A stretch of 64,000 bases of DNA from the IMG/VR virus record IMGVR_UViG_2724679058_000003; one strand, written 5' to 3'. The notes under the pieces were generated by a model, which was not told the DNA's origin, ran no database searches, and saw only the letters and a list, made by a program, of their open reading frames with translations. Below are positions 19,377-28,670 of the stretch, piece by piece (positions within the stretch are counted from its first letter, which is position 1; each line of letters begins with the position of its first letter). A program made the translations under genes and the position numbers. Origin of the DNA: a virus (Duplodnaviria; Heunggongvirae; Uroviricota; Caudoviricetes).

Positions 19377-21104
19377 TTACTCAGAGTCACCGGCATCAAT
19401 CGTGTCGCCGCTTATGAAGTTAAGCCCGCCTTTTTTGGCCATAGTCAGAGTTACACGGGTGAAGTAATCAGCGCCGTTGCGTGGGTGCATATCGTTGATA
19501 GCTGAACCCCACAGAGTGGTTCGGTTGACCAGCGCCGGAGTAGTCGGATGCTGGAACGGGATAGCTGGGACAGCATCACCAGTCACAAAGCCTGCTTTGC
19601 CCGGGTTTTCATCACGGACGTAGCACAGCACATCCATCGAGCTAAACTGAATGTTCTCTGTCGTTAAGTTCTTACAAATACCAGCAGGTACTTCGTACAC
19701 TTTCACGTTACCGAACAGGGTACCGATGTAGTGAACATACGGAGTCTGAATATAGTCTTCTGCTGGCTGGAAGAAATCCTTCGGCAACTGTTTGAAGAAA
19801 GATGCTGCATCAGCACCAGCAAACATCCCCATCGCACCAGAAGATTTAACGCGCTCAATAATATCGCGATATACAGTCTGGAATTTGCCACGAATGATGG
19901 TTGCCCATACATCAAAGGACTGGTTAACCGGTAGAGCGATGTCAAATGTGTCTGTCGCAAGAGTACGCCAGATCATGATGCGAAGACGCAACATATCCTG
20001 TTCATGAGACAGGTATTCCTTCAGAGTGCGGAACTGTAGAGAACCGAGGTCAAGACCAAATTCACGCTGTGCTTCATACGCCGCCTGTACCGTGTGCTCA
20101 GCTGCAATAACGAACTGGCTGGGGAACAGGGTGTATTTCTTCATTTCGTGGTTAATCAGCGGGATCAGCTCAGGAGCGGCTTCAATATTGATTTCCGTCT
20201 CAATTGCGATCTCGGTGCCTTTATCCGGCGCTTTGGAGAACGACAGGGCAATCTGACCAATGTTGTAGTTCAGAGAGCAGGTAACAGTGATTTGCTCACC
20301 AGCAGCATTAGTAAACGAGTGAAGTAGGCTGCCGGAACCGTTATCAACAACAGACTTAATACGGTTAACGTAGATGTTAGTGCGACCTTTTCGGATTGGT
20401 ACATTCTGGCCTTCGAAGTCTTCCATCTTGAAGGTTGCGGTTTTGCTGGTGCCATCGGAGCTTGCCACCAGCACATAGCGGCGACGTAACTGGCTGTACA
20501 CACCGACGGATTGCATGTCCAGAACATCACCAGCAGCATAAGAACCAAAAGAGGAACCTGCCACGTTAAAGACTTCATAGATGTCGGACTGGTCACGCGT
20601 AACCGGAATGAAGGTACACGCATCAGCGGTAGCTGCCCCCAACTGAACAGGCAGGATCATCGCGAGGAATAAAGGCAGACGCATAACACCGTCAGAAACG
20701 CTCATCATCTCTGCTGCGACGGATTCCAGCATCGCTTTATTAGTGGCATCCATGCTATTGCGGGTGGACTCAATCAGGCAGTTTTCCAGCGTCTGGTGGC
20801 AGGAGGCCAGAATTTCCGGACGCGGCATAGATTTATGTGCTGCGGCGTAGTCAGCCAGTGCACTTGCCCACGCTGTAGCGATTTGAGCGGTGGCATTATC
20901 AGAGATCCCCGCAAAAACCGGGTCTTTACGTGCAGCTTCAAGGATAGATGCGGCACGCGCGGCATCATCTTTGATGAATTGGTTATCAGTACCGAACTGT
21001 GCTGTACTTGCCCAGCCAAGAACGGCTTTAGAGCGTTTTGCGATATCTGCAATACGATTCTGGTATTCGCGTAAGTTACTCAAGTTACTCTTCCTTAAAC
21101 ACAA
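19377..21104 (-). CDS. Major head protein candidate
   Basis: 575-aa ORF adjacent to parS, matching the recalled P1 gene order sheath-head-parS. Confidence 0.5.
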   Translation of the reverse strand: MCLRKSNLSNLREYQNRIADIAKRSKAVLGWASTAQFGTDNQFIKDDAARAASILEAARKDPVFAGISDNATAQIATAWASALADYAAAHKSMPRPEILASCHQTLENCLIESTRNSMDATNKAMLESVAAEMMSVSDGVMRLPLFLAMILPVQLGAATADACTFIPVTRDQSDIYEVFNVAGSSFGSYAAGDVLDMQSVGVYSQLRRRYVLVASSDGTSKTATFKMEDFEGQNVPIRKGRTNIYVNRIKSVVDNGSGSLLHSFTNAAGEQITVTCSLNYNIGQIALSFSKAPDKGTEIAIETEINIEAAPELIPLINHEMKKYTLFPSQFVIAAEHTVQAAYEAQREFGLDLGSLQFRTLKEYLSHEQDMLRLRIMIWRTLATDTFDIALPVNQSFDVWATIIRGKFQTVYRDIIERVKSSGAMGMFAGADAASFFKQLPKDFFQPAEDYIQTPYVHYIGTLFGNVKVYEVPAGICKNLTTENIQFSSMDVLCYVRDENPGKAGFVTGDAVPAIPFQHPTTPALVNRTTLWGSAINDMHPRNGADYFTRVTLTMAKKGGLNFISGDTIDAGDSE

Positions 21105-21214
21105 GGCACTTGTGTGAATCCCTTTTCGGAAGAGATTTTATTAAAAGTCACTTGTTGACTTTCTCGCGAAAAGTAATTTTTTATTTTTTGTAGGGATAGG
21201 GGAGGAGGGTAAAA

Positions 21215-21305
21215 TCCAAGGTGAAATCGTGGCGATTTCACCTTGAAATTTTAGATGAATTTACTTTAAAAACAGATGGTTACAAATGAAATTTCAATGG
21301 CGAAA
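21215..21305. promoter_or_regulatory. parS partition site
   Basis: ATTTCAC heptamers and TCGCCA/TGGCGA hexamers (GTGAAATCGTGGCGATTTCAC ... ATTTCAATGGCGA) flanking an AT-rich centre, directly downstream of parB. Confidence 0.65.
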
Positions 21306-21307
21306 GT

Positions 21308-22309
21308 TTAAGGCTTCGGCTTTTTATCGAGGCTCTTTCTAAGGATATGCCCAATCATCCTGTCAAGTTCTTCCTGTAACTCTTTGGAGAGACGATTAAA
21401 CTCATAGGAAAAGGTACGGCCTTTCACACGCTTCCTTGCGAAACGATCTTTATCCTCAAATTTCCATAATTCAGTAACTACAGACTTATCTTTAGAGCCT
21501 TTATCCGTGAGTAACGAGGCTTCCTTTGTTATCAGGCGAAGGATTTTATTTTTCACTTCATCTTCGGCCATTTCTTCAATGGATAAGATGTCGTTTATTT
21601 CCTGGGATATGTTTTGAATAAGCTGATCAAACTCTAAATCCTTATTCCCCATTTCATCGCCAACAGCGCAAAGCGTTTTGTAGTCCGAAAAGGTTAATTC
21701 CGACTGCACAGGGAAAAGAGCGACTAATTCTTCCGGAGCGCTCGCAGCCTGAAGAGCACGCGTGACCTTCGCCTGAGATAGCCCTTCTTTAGCGGCAATA
21801 TCCTTCTGACTCATTCCATCATTTTTCATTCGCATCAAACGCAGACCTATTTCTCGAATGCTATGCTGCAATGCTGTCTGAAGGTCTTTCGCTAAATTTT
21901 GCGCTTCCTGAACGCTGATCTCCTGATCCGTGACTAAAACCCGCAATCCAACGTGCTCTAAGATGGCCGAAGCTCGACGCCGGGAACCATCCAAAATTTC
22001 AATTTTTCCTGTAGCCCGTCTAACACCTATTGCTGGATAAAATTGCTGATGCTTAATGGTGCTTCTGATGCTTTTTAATGATTTTGGTGTAAGAGCTGCC
22101 TGATCACGTCCGTTGTTATGCTGATCAACAAAGGTATCACCTTCTACCCGGTTCGGAGGGATTACCTCCTCAATGAATGTGGCCTGGCGACCTGTTGATA
22201 GCTTGAATACCTGCTCAACCCGATCACCAGAGGTAGAGGAACTATCAAATGCGCTTAATACTGAAGGATTAAGGGTTCGCCCAATTGTTGGTCTGTTTTT
22301 CTTTGACAT
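21308..22309 (-). CDS. parB: Partition protein ParB
   Basis: 333 aa; ParB motif KIEILDGSRRRAS; matches recalled P1 ParB. Confidence 0.9.
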   Translation of the reverse strand: MSKKNRPTIGRTLNPSVLSAFDSSSTSGDRVEQVFKLSTGRQATFIEEVIPPNRVEGDTFVDQHNNGRDQAALTPKSLKSIRSTIKHQQFYPAIGVRRATGKIEILDGSRRRASAILEHVGLRVLVTDQEISVQEAQNLAKDLQTALQHSIREIGLRLMRMKNDGMSQKDIAAKEGLSQAKVTRALQAASAPEELVALFPVQSELTFSDYKTLCAVGDEMGNKDLEFDQLIQNISQEINDILSIEEMAEDEVKNKILRLITKEASLLTDKGSKDKSVVTELWKFEDKDRFARKRVKGRTFSYEFNRLSKELQEELDRMIGHILRKSLDKKPKP

Positions 22310-22325
22310 GGCGTTTTCTTACTCC

Positions 22326-23522
22326 TTAGTTAGATCTGATAAATTCAATACGGTCAAAAACTGCTTTTGCAAAATCTTCAGCGGCGATGCGCGCGTTCTT
22401 CAGTGCGTCAGCACTACCAACATACGTTGCCGGATTAGCAGAAATAACAGTGTCAAAGGACTCGCCGCAGCGTTCGAAACCATCAAGGCGAGGGAGGACG
22501 ACATCGAGCATATCCCCACCGAAAACTTCTTTCGCCAGGCTATGGCAATACTTATGGTCTGCCTTGTTACTCAACTTGGACATAAAACCAATGTTAGTCG
22601 CAAGCTGGCACTCGCAGCCTTCATCCGAAATGAGTTTCACCAACTCAGGAAGGCGGGCAACGTATTTAAGCGATGAGTGGAAATCGACCGTTGCTGGTGG
22701 CAGAGGTGTAAACAGTATATTGGCCGAGGCCAAAGCATTTTTCAGGAAGGCGTCAAGGTGAGGACCACTATCAACAAGGATAAAGTCATAATCGCTCTTG
22801 AGCTTATCAATCACATTTTCTTTCAGGACTGCATGGATGTTCTGACCCGGTAGATGCTCATTGCATAGCTCTCTCCAATCGGATGCAATAAAGGCATCGT
22901 CAATCGACGCAGGCATAACGTCAACCCCAGGTACAACAGAAGGAACAATAAACTCCTCTAACAGCTCTTCACGGCTTACATTCTGCAACATAGCCTGTGC
23001 AGATGTTGCGTTTACGATACCAATAGAGTGTTTATGGCTTAAAAACATCGTTGCTGAAGATTGCGGATCAAGGTCAATAACCAGAATCCTTAAATCTTCC
23101 ATCAGAAGATGAGGGTGAGCACGCATTGCATGCGCCAGAGAAACCGTCGATACAGTTTTTGACACACCGCCTTTAAGATTGGAGATGAAAATCACATACG
23201 CTTCGCTGTAGCGATCCCGGTATTTTGGCACTCCGCGATGTTCATATATGTCAATGATGTTCTGAATTGACATCGCATATTTCATTGAAGAGCCAGCAGG
23301 GCGTTTATCGAAAACATAACCCTTTTCTTCCATTTCACTTACGGCATAGTCAACGTTCGCTCGAGTCAGTAGAGGCAATTTTGCCAGTGCCGCTTTCGCA
23401 TAGACCTGGTAAAACTCGTTCGCGTGTAGCTCATCCTTTTGCAACTGTACTTGTTCAGTCAGAACATTGAGCATTCTGTTTGCTCTTTGAGCAACCTTGT
23501 GAAGCTGGCTGGAATCACTCAT
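22326..23522 (-). CDS. parA: Partition ATPase ParA
   Basis: 398 aa; Walker A KGGVSKT; MSDSSQLHKVAQRANRMLN... matches recalled P1 ParA. Confidence 0.9.
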   Translation of the reverse strand: MSDSSQLHKVAQRANRMLNVLTEQVQLQKDELHANEFYQVYAKAALAKLPLLTRANVDYAVSEMEEKGYVFDKRPAGSSMKYAMSIQNIIDIYEHRGVPKYRDRYSEAYVIFISNLKGGVSKTVSTVSLAHAMRAHPHLLMEDLRILVIDLDPQSSATMFLSHKHSIGIVNATSAQAMLQNVSREELLEEFIVPSVVPGVDVMPASIDDAFIASDWRELCNEHLPGQNIHAVLKENVIDKLKSDYDFILVDSGPHLDAFLKNALASANILFTPLPPATVDFHSSLKYVARLPELVKLISDEGCECQLATNIGFMSKLSNKADHKYCHSLAKEVFGGDMLDVVLPRLDGFERCGESFDTVISANPATYVGSADALKNARIAAEDFAKAVFDRIEFIRSN

Positions 23523-23661
23523 CGAAAGTCATCCTTTATGCTGTATTTTTGAATTTAATTAAAAATGCTACATAAAATAATAATGTATGCGCAGATGCTT
23601 GTACATAGCATTCTCTGCATGTTTGGTTCATTTTGCACGATTGAGCGTTGCAAGGAGGGCA

Positions 23662-23684
23662 CAAAAAAGCCCCGTTCAGGGGCA
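23662..23684 (-). terminator. Rho-independent terminator after the T5orf172-like gene
   Basis: Minus strand GCCCC-TGAAC-GGGGC followed by TTTTTT. Confidence 0.6.
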
Positions 23685-23690
23685 TCAGTG

Positions 23691-24500
23691 TTATTTGCTA
23701 AGAGCAGCGAATAATCGTTCGAAATCGATAGTATCTATAGCACGCGTAAGCGCCGGAAGTTCAGCCTCAAAGTACCCGTGTCGATCGTAAAAGAAGGGAC
23801 CGAAGAGCGAGGCATGTTGGATTCTACTTCGCCCCAGCCCGGACACACAGTTAAGCCCATTACCGGTTAAAAGGCTAAAAAACTTCTCTGGATTATCGTG
23901 GTAAAGCTGGGAATCAATGGTGGCGGTTAACTCTTCCATAGGGAAGCACACCCGCCCTGTCTCCCAGGGATATTTAGTCCGAAGCATAAACATTGCTTTC
24001 AGCAATTCACATTGAGCGCGGATCGCGTCCGGGTCATAGCCAGATATGGAGACATAAGCCACGTCCCTCATTCCTGCGTCATCTTTGAAAGTCACGATAG
24101 AAGTAACATCCAGTTCTTTTTCGAAAGAGCGAGCAGCATCTACTGGACGCTGAAGTAAATCATTCGACTTAATGCGCTCGAGAATCCCTCCCCACATATC
24201 ATTTAGATATTCGATATGAGCCAAAACCTTATCAAGACACTCTCGTGTAAACCATTCAGTATGCCCGCCACCGGCGCTTTTCTCCCACGGCGCATTCCAG
24301 GGGAAAAAGGTTGCGTGTAAAGCCCGCTCAAGATTAACCATTGCCAAACGCGTACCACGATAGACCCGTGAAAGCGCAAAATCGGGACTCACTTGTAGCC
24401 CTTTAAACCGTGCCAATGGACCACATGAAATGCCGATTTTAAAAGTATCTCCGTTCTCCGGCACCAGAACGTAGAGGTAGTGTTGTTTCTCTTCTTGCAT
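23691..24500 (-). CDS. T5orf172 / GIY-YIG-like domain protein
   Basis: 269 aa; N-terminal YLYVLVPENGDTFKIGIS resembles the GIY-YIG/T5orf172 motif; lies between the downstream iteron array and parA. Confidence 0.6.
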   Translation of the reverse strand: MQEEKQHYLYVLVPENGDTFKIGISCGPLARFKGLQVSPDFALSRVYRGTRLAMVNLERALHATFFPWNAPWEKSAGGGHTEWFTRECLDKVLAHIEYLNDMWGGILERIKSNDLLQRPVDAARSFEKELDVTSIVTFKDDAGMRDVAYVSISGYDPDAIRAQCELLKAMFMLRTKYPWETGRVCFPMEELTATIDSQLYHDNPEKFFSLLTGNGLNCVSGLGRSRIQHASLFGPFFYDRHGYFEAELPALTRAIDTIDFERLFAALSK

Positions 24501-24519
24501 ATCAATACCACTGCTTGAT

Positions 24520-24795
24520 GAGAACCGCGCAAATGTTGACTATGCGCGAAGGTTAATGTGAATAGTTGACTATGCGCGATGTGACTACAGTCAAAAGTTG
24601 ACTGTAGTCGATTTAACTCCACCAAAGATCGACTATGTAAGATATTGTCGGGAGAAACGTTGACTATACGCGATGAAATGACCCTAAAAGCCATCTCAAT
24701 AGCGACTTGCAGAATATTGACGCCAGCAAAAATCCACCAGCGTCAACGAATGTCGTCTATAGTCAACTTCTCGCTATCGCATATAGTCAATATTA
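24520..24795. repeat. Downstream iteron array (incA-like copy-control locus)
   Basis: At least 7 copies of TTGACTATGCGCGA-like 14-16-mers in both orientations. Confidence 0.8.
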
Positions 24796-25554
24796 TGGAT
24801 TGCGCTTATGGATCTGGAAGCCGATTTTCCTGCCGTTTTTTATCTCTGAAAATTTAAGATATTCAATAGCTTCCAAATCTTTCATGGCTTTTCTGATAAC
24901 GCTATTTTGCACGCTAACGGATGATTTGAGATTAAGCCTTGCTCTAAGGCGCTCAATGCTGACAGGTGCCGGGTTGGCGGGTAGAGCCTCAAAGAATGTA
25001 TACAGTACCTTGGCCGTCTCTTTGCGCCCGAGCTTATCCAGCATCTTCAGCTTCAGGATTCGCTTATAGTCAACATAGTAAAGTTCAGATAGCTGTTTCT
25101 GCGGCTGGATCTCGATAACATCAAGCTCGGTATTCAGGCTGCTATATGCCAACAAGTTGACGTTAATGTTATTGAGATGACCTTTTGCCGCCGGGAAGCG
25201 GAATTTGACAACTGTCTGCTGAATGCGTGTCAGAGAGTCATCAATACTTTTACGGAACGCCTTTGAAAGGCGCTTACGTGGATAGCCGCATCGATCGGCA
25301 AACTCGGAGAATGGCAGGGTGATTATACCGTCATCATCAGGTGCGTAGTCAAACAACGCGGAGGTTATGCCCACCCACACCTTAAAATCAGTATCCATAT
25401 CCAGGCGTGGACCATGAATTTCAATTCCCTCATAGCCTTCCTGCTCAACAATTTTGAGGCTTGATAGTTCTTCGGTTGCGTTCGTTGTGTTTGTTGTAAC
25501 TGACGATCCGCGACGTAGCGCCACATTGGTAGATTTTAAGGTTGGCACAAACAC
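24793..25554 (-). CDS. repA: Replication initiator RepA (iteron-binding), annotated from an internal GTG
   Basis: 253-aa ORF flanked by iteron arrays; N-terminal similarity to recalled P1 RepA continues into the upstream overlapping frame. Confidence 0.75.
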   Translation of the reverse strand: MFVPTLKSTNVALRRGSSVTTNTTNATEELSSLKIVEQEGYEGIEIHGPRLDMDTDFKVWVGITSALFDYAPDDDGIITLPFSEFADRCGYPRKRLSKAFRKSIDDSLTRIQQTVVKFRFPAAKGHLNNINVNLLAYSSLNTELDVIEIQPQKQLSELYYVDYKRILKLKMLDKLGRKETAKVLYTFFEALPANPAPVSIERLRARLNLKSSVSVQNSVIRKAMKDLEAIEYLKFSEIKNGRKIGFQIHKRNP

Positions 25555-25556
25555 AC

Positions 25557-25676
25557 CTAACGCAACAAAGCAATGGGTTGTATAGTGCTGTTGTTATTGG
25601 GCTTCAGGCTGTGGATTTCTCCTGTATTTCCTGCAACTTCTTCAACGCTAAGGAAGCCTTTACTTTCTTCCGGCAT
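25557..25676 (-). CDS. Upstream 39-codon ORF: displaced RepA N-terminus or coupled leader peptide
   Basis: ATG at 25676, stop TAG at 25559..25557 two nt before the repA GTG. Confidence 0.4.
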   Translation of the reverse strand: MPEESKGFLSVEEVAGNTGEIHSLKPNNNSTIQPIALLR

Positions 25677-25755
25677 CGTAGTTTCTCCATGTGTGGCGCG
25701 GCCTGACGTCAATTTGGATGGCTGTTATCAACAGCTGTGAATATTCAGGCTCTAA

Positions 25756-25858
25756 AATCGCGTACAGTCAATGTTTCTGTCGCGTATAGTCAACATAAAA
25801 TCGCGTGTAGTCAACAATAAATCGTGTACAGTCAACATAAAATCGCATATAGTCAATG
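25756..25858. repeat. Origin iterons (incC-like), five direct repeats at ~21-bp spacing
   Basis: TCGCGTACAGTCAATG, TCGCGTATAGTCAACA, TCGCGTGTAGTCAACA, TCGTGTACAGTCAACA, TCGCATATAGTCAATG. Confidence 0.85.
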
Positions 25859-25859
25859 T

Positions 25860-25970
25860 TGATCACGTTTCAGGCCAGACATGGCGCGGCCTACAGCGAT
25901 CCGGGATCTTATTTGGATCTTCTTAGGTTCTCTTTTGGATCTGTTTATTGGATCTATGCTGTGGATAAGT
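25860..25970. promoter_or_regulatory. Plasmid origin accessory region: six GATC sites and a DnaA box
   Basis: GATC at 25861, 25898, 25905, 25916, 25937, 25951; TGTGGATAA (complement of TTATCCACA) at 25960..25968. Confidence 0.65.
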
Positions 25971-26019
25971 TGAATAAACCGGCCACTGAGGACCGATTTC
26001 TGTGAAGGGTTGAAGCGAA

Positions 26020-26421
26020 TTAGTTGTCGTTTTCCGTACCTACTTCTTCGATCAACAAACTACTTGTATAGATACGTAACGTATCACCTTTGTAGAGGAA
26101 TTGATAACCAACACCTCCCATGGCAGGGAGGTCGGGGAACATTTCAGAAGCAACCCCAGAGCAAATCACGGCGATACAATCATCCCGCTGTACATCCTTA
26201 CGCTCTGTACTCAAAGTTTGCTCTTCCCCGATTGCCTTTGTCATCTCCTCATCTTCGTACGCAACAGGGATATATTCAATCGCATCAGGCGTTTTGATAC
26301 CCAGTTCTTCAGCAATCTCGAACGCCTGTTTAAATTGATCTGAACCAGGATATCCAACGGTAATACTCTCAATTTCGAACAGAGAAGTAGCGTTATTTAT
26401 TTCTTGTTTAACCGCAAACAT
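26020..26421 (-). CDS. Hypothetical protein
   Basis: 133-aa ORF. Confidence 0.55.
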   Translation of the reverse strand: MFAVKQEINNATSLFEIESITVGYPGSDQFKQAFEIAEELGIKTPDAIEYIPVAYEDEEMTKAIGEEQTLSTERKDVQRDDCIAVICSGVASEMFPDLPAMGGVGYQFLYKGDTLRIYTSSLLIEEVGTENDN

Positions 26422-26491
26422 GTTGTTTGTCCTTAGTGGCTTCCTGCCAAAGTAAAGTCATAAGTGTTGATATTACGATTTCTACAGTTGA

Positions 26492-26851
26492 TTAAATCTG
26501 CTCGCTGAGCTTTTGCTTCAGCAGATAACCTTCCAGCGGCCAGATTTTCTCAATGGCTTTCTTACGGGCCACCTTACGGCCAATCTCCGCGTCGAAATTT
26601 TCAGGGCTGGCACAGGCGCTTTCCCCGGTAACAATGAATCCATTGCACAGCACCAAGACACAGATGGTCAGGCTACGCGTAGAGGGATGAACAGACAGCA
26701 CCTCACGAACGCCTTCATGCGCAGCGCGAATGCCGTCAAAAGCTGTGAAATAATGCTCTTCGGCAATCACACTCTCGATGTGATCAGGAGTCAGGCGTGG
26801 TGCTGTTTTGCCTTTGGCCAGAATCTCTTTTTCAATTTCCATATCGGACAT
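26492..26851 (-). CDS. Hypothetical protein
   Basis: 119-aa ORF. Confidence 0.55.
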   Translation of the reverse strand: MSDMEIEKEILAKGKTAPRLTPDHIESVIAEEHYFTAFDGIRAAHEGVREVLSVHPSTRSLTICVLVLCNGFIVTGESACASPENFDAEIGRKVARKKAIEKIWPLEGYLLKQKLSEQI

Positions 26852-26862
26852 AGTTTTTCCTT

Positions 26863-27114
26863 TTAGTTACCGCTGATAGCGCGGTTGTAATCATTAACGT
26901 TGCGATTCTTCCTGTTAATCCCCATCAGCATCGTTTCTGTATCGAGGATATACGCTGGCAGATCATCAAAATATTCACTGCTAAACTCTGGCATCCTGCA
27001 CATAAACGCACTTTTGGGGGCAGGGTGGTTAACCTTTGTCGGCGTCGGCGTTAAATTCGCTGATCGACTCCCGGAGCAACCGCTGAGTGTCAGCAGGAAT
27101 GCGCTGGCGAACAT
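26863..27114 (-). CDS. Lipoprotein, o-spanin-like
   Basis: Track ORF 26863..27195; likely start at internal Met giving MFASAFLLTLSGC lipobox signal; overlaps the next ORF in another frame. Confidence 0.5.
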   Translation of the reverse strand: MFASAFLLTLSGCSGSRSANLTPTPTKVNHPAPKSAFMCRMPEFSSEYFDDLPAYILDTETMLMGINRKNRNVNDYNRAISGN

Positions 27115-27478
27115 TACCCGCCGCAACCAGTTGTTTCTGAACTTCAGCTTTTCGTTCCATTTGCCTGTCAGCATATTTGGCTTGTTCTGATTCATTTTTC
27201 ACTTCCTGGCTGTGAAAATGTTGCTCTGCTTTGTTCATCGTCTCAATGGTCTGGTTAAGATCCATTATTGACTTATCACGTTCCTTAACAGCCTGATCAA
27301 GACTGCCAATTTTCTCGATGGCTTGCTTTAGCTGATGACGTTCCCATGCAAACCCAGCACCAACAAGTGCGCAAATCAGAACAAGAACACCAGTAGCAGC
27401 AAGTTTCTCCTTCAAAGACAAAGCTGTTTTTAACGTAGAAAAGAATGACATGTCTTCCTCCTGAAGAAAAATTATCAA
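27029..27478 (-). CDS. Membrane-anchored coiled-coil protein, i-spanin-like
   Basis: 149 aa; N-terminal TM helix then charged coiled-coil; 3' end overlaps the lipoprotein gene. Confidence 0.5.
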   Translation of the reverse strand: MIIFLQEEDMSFFSTLKTALSLKEKLAATGVLVLICALVGAGFAWERHQLKQAIEKIGSLDQAVKERDKSIMDLNQTIETMNKAEQHFHSQEVKNESEQAKYADRQMERKAEVQKQLVAAGNVRQRIPADTQRLLRESISEFNADADKG

Positions 27479-27490
27479 TGAAGTCCTTTG

Positions 27491-28336
27491 TTACTGTGCC
27501 GCTTTGTTTAATTCATCAAGAACAGAATCAGGAACCAAAGCAGCAACTGCGCTGGCTGTGCTGGCCTTATTTGCTGATGCTTCCGCAAGCGCAGTACCGA
27601 TAGCATGGTTATAAGCAGTTATGGCTACATTGGCGCTTTCATTCGCTCGTTCATACTGCTGTTGTAACGCAGTTGTGGGCGCTGTTGTCTGGTTGAAAAC
27701 AACCCCAAACTGTTCAGTTGCTACTTTCAGAGATTCAATTTGCTCTTCTGTTAGTGCTGGTGGGGGAGTGGCAGTGCCGCCGCCTGAACCAGAGCCTGAC
27801 GAGCTTCCTGAGCCAGTGTTAAGGGTCTGGTTAATCTCCCCCATAGCAGCGACTAAACTTGATGTATTAAGCGCGTTTACAGCGTCCTCAAGCGATTTAG
27901 TAATAGTCACATCACCAATGGCAATAGAGATCGGCAGTTCTGATACTTCTCGCTCATTAGCACGGCAGTAAACATCCCAACCAATATCGAGTTGAAGCAG
28001 CATTGACAGATCTGCATAACCAGCCAACAGGTCCGCGTGCTTAGTTGCCAGTTCTCCAATGTTCGTTAAGCCGGTTGTGGTTGTTCTGATCGTTGAAACA
28101 TAGCTGGTAATAGTGTCGGGATAGACAATTGTATCCAGAATTAATCCGGTCAATTCTTCTGCAAGCAGTTTTGCTGTGTTAGCACTGTTTCGTGCCGATG
28201 TTATGGCACCAGGTGTTTTCATCCCACCGGCGGCGGCCAATTTTTTATATGCGGATAACTGGTAGTCTTTTTCCAGCATGATATCTCCTAACTTACCTGA
28301 ACCAGGCCGTCTCCGGACGCTACGGTAGATCCGCAT
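27491..28336 (-). CDS. Hypothetical protein with Ser/Gly linker
   Basis: 281-aa ORF containing GSGSSSGSGSGGG. Confidence 0.6.
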   Translation of the reverse strand: MRIYRSVRRRPGSGKLGDIMLEKDYQLSAYKKLAAAGGMKTPGAITSARNSANTAKLLAEELTGLILDTIVYPDTITSYVSTIRTTTTGLTNIGELATKHADLLAGYADLSMLLQLDIGWDVYCRANEREVSELPISIAIGDVTITKSLEDAVNALNTSSLVAAMGEINQTLNTGSGSSSGSGSGGGTATPPPALTEEQIESLKVATEQFGVVFNQTTAPTTALQQQYERANESANVAITAYNHAIGTALAEASANKASTASAVAALVPDSVLDELNKAAQ

Positions 28337-28572
28337 GAAACAGGGTCACCAACGCATACGATCCCTTTACCATTGACGGTAAACCATGCCCTGGTTGATA
28401 TAGCTTGCCCACCGTGCGTACTGTTTCCATCGGTATGCTGTGCATATTGCTTACCATCAACTAACACTTCGACTCCGTTGACTTTAAGTAGTGGTTCACT
28501 CTCTACAGGAGGCCTGGATGGGAATCCTCCGTGCCCCGAACAAATGCTGTCTTTTGTTGCAATACTTGCCAC
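28288..28572 (-). CDS. Small Gly/His/Cys-rich protein (PAAR-like?)
   Basis: 94-aa ORF; composition only. Confidence 0.4.
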   Translation of the reverse strand: MASIATKDSICSGHGGFPSRPPVESEPLLKVNGVEVLVDGKQYAQHTDGNSTHGGQAISTRAWFTVNGKGIVCVGDPVSCGSTVASGDGLVQVS

Positions 28573-28653
28573 GTCATCACCAATTATTTGCTCTGATTTT
28601 CGTTATTTTAACTCAGGTTGTTTGTGGTCTACACGGAGTTCAACTATTGCAAA

Positions 28654-28670
28654 ATTGCTCTAATAAATAT
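28654..28670 (+). promoter_or_regulatory. C1-type operator upstream of the rdgC-dmt operon
   Basis: ATTGCTCTAATAAATAT, 16/17 consensus match. Confidence 0.7.

Noticed and set aside
21105-21140. Palindrome CACAAGGCACTTGTG upstream of the capsid-like gene as a late-promoter element
   Set aside because: Single occurrence; I could not find the same motif before other structural operons, so it is unsupported.
24520-25860. Possible CRISPR array suggested by short direct repeats flanking repA
   Set aside because: Repeats are 14-19 bp, degenerate, in mixed orientation, and have ~21-bp spacing with no unique spacers; they flank a Rep gene with a DnaA box and GATC cluster, so they are plasmid iterons.
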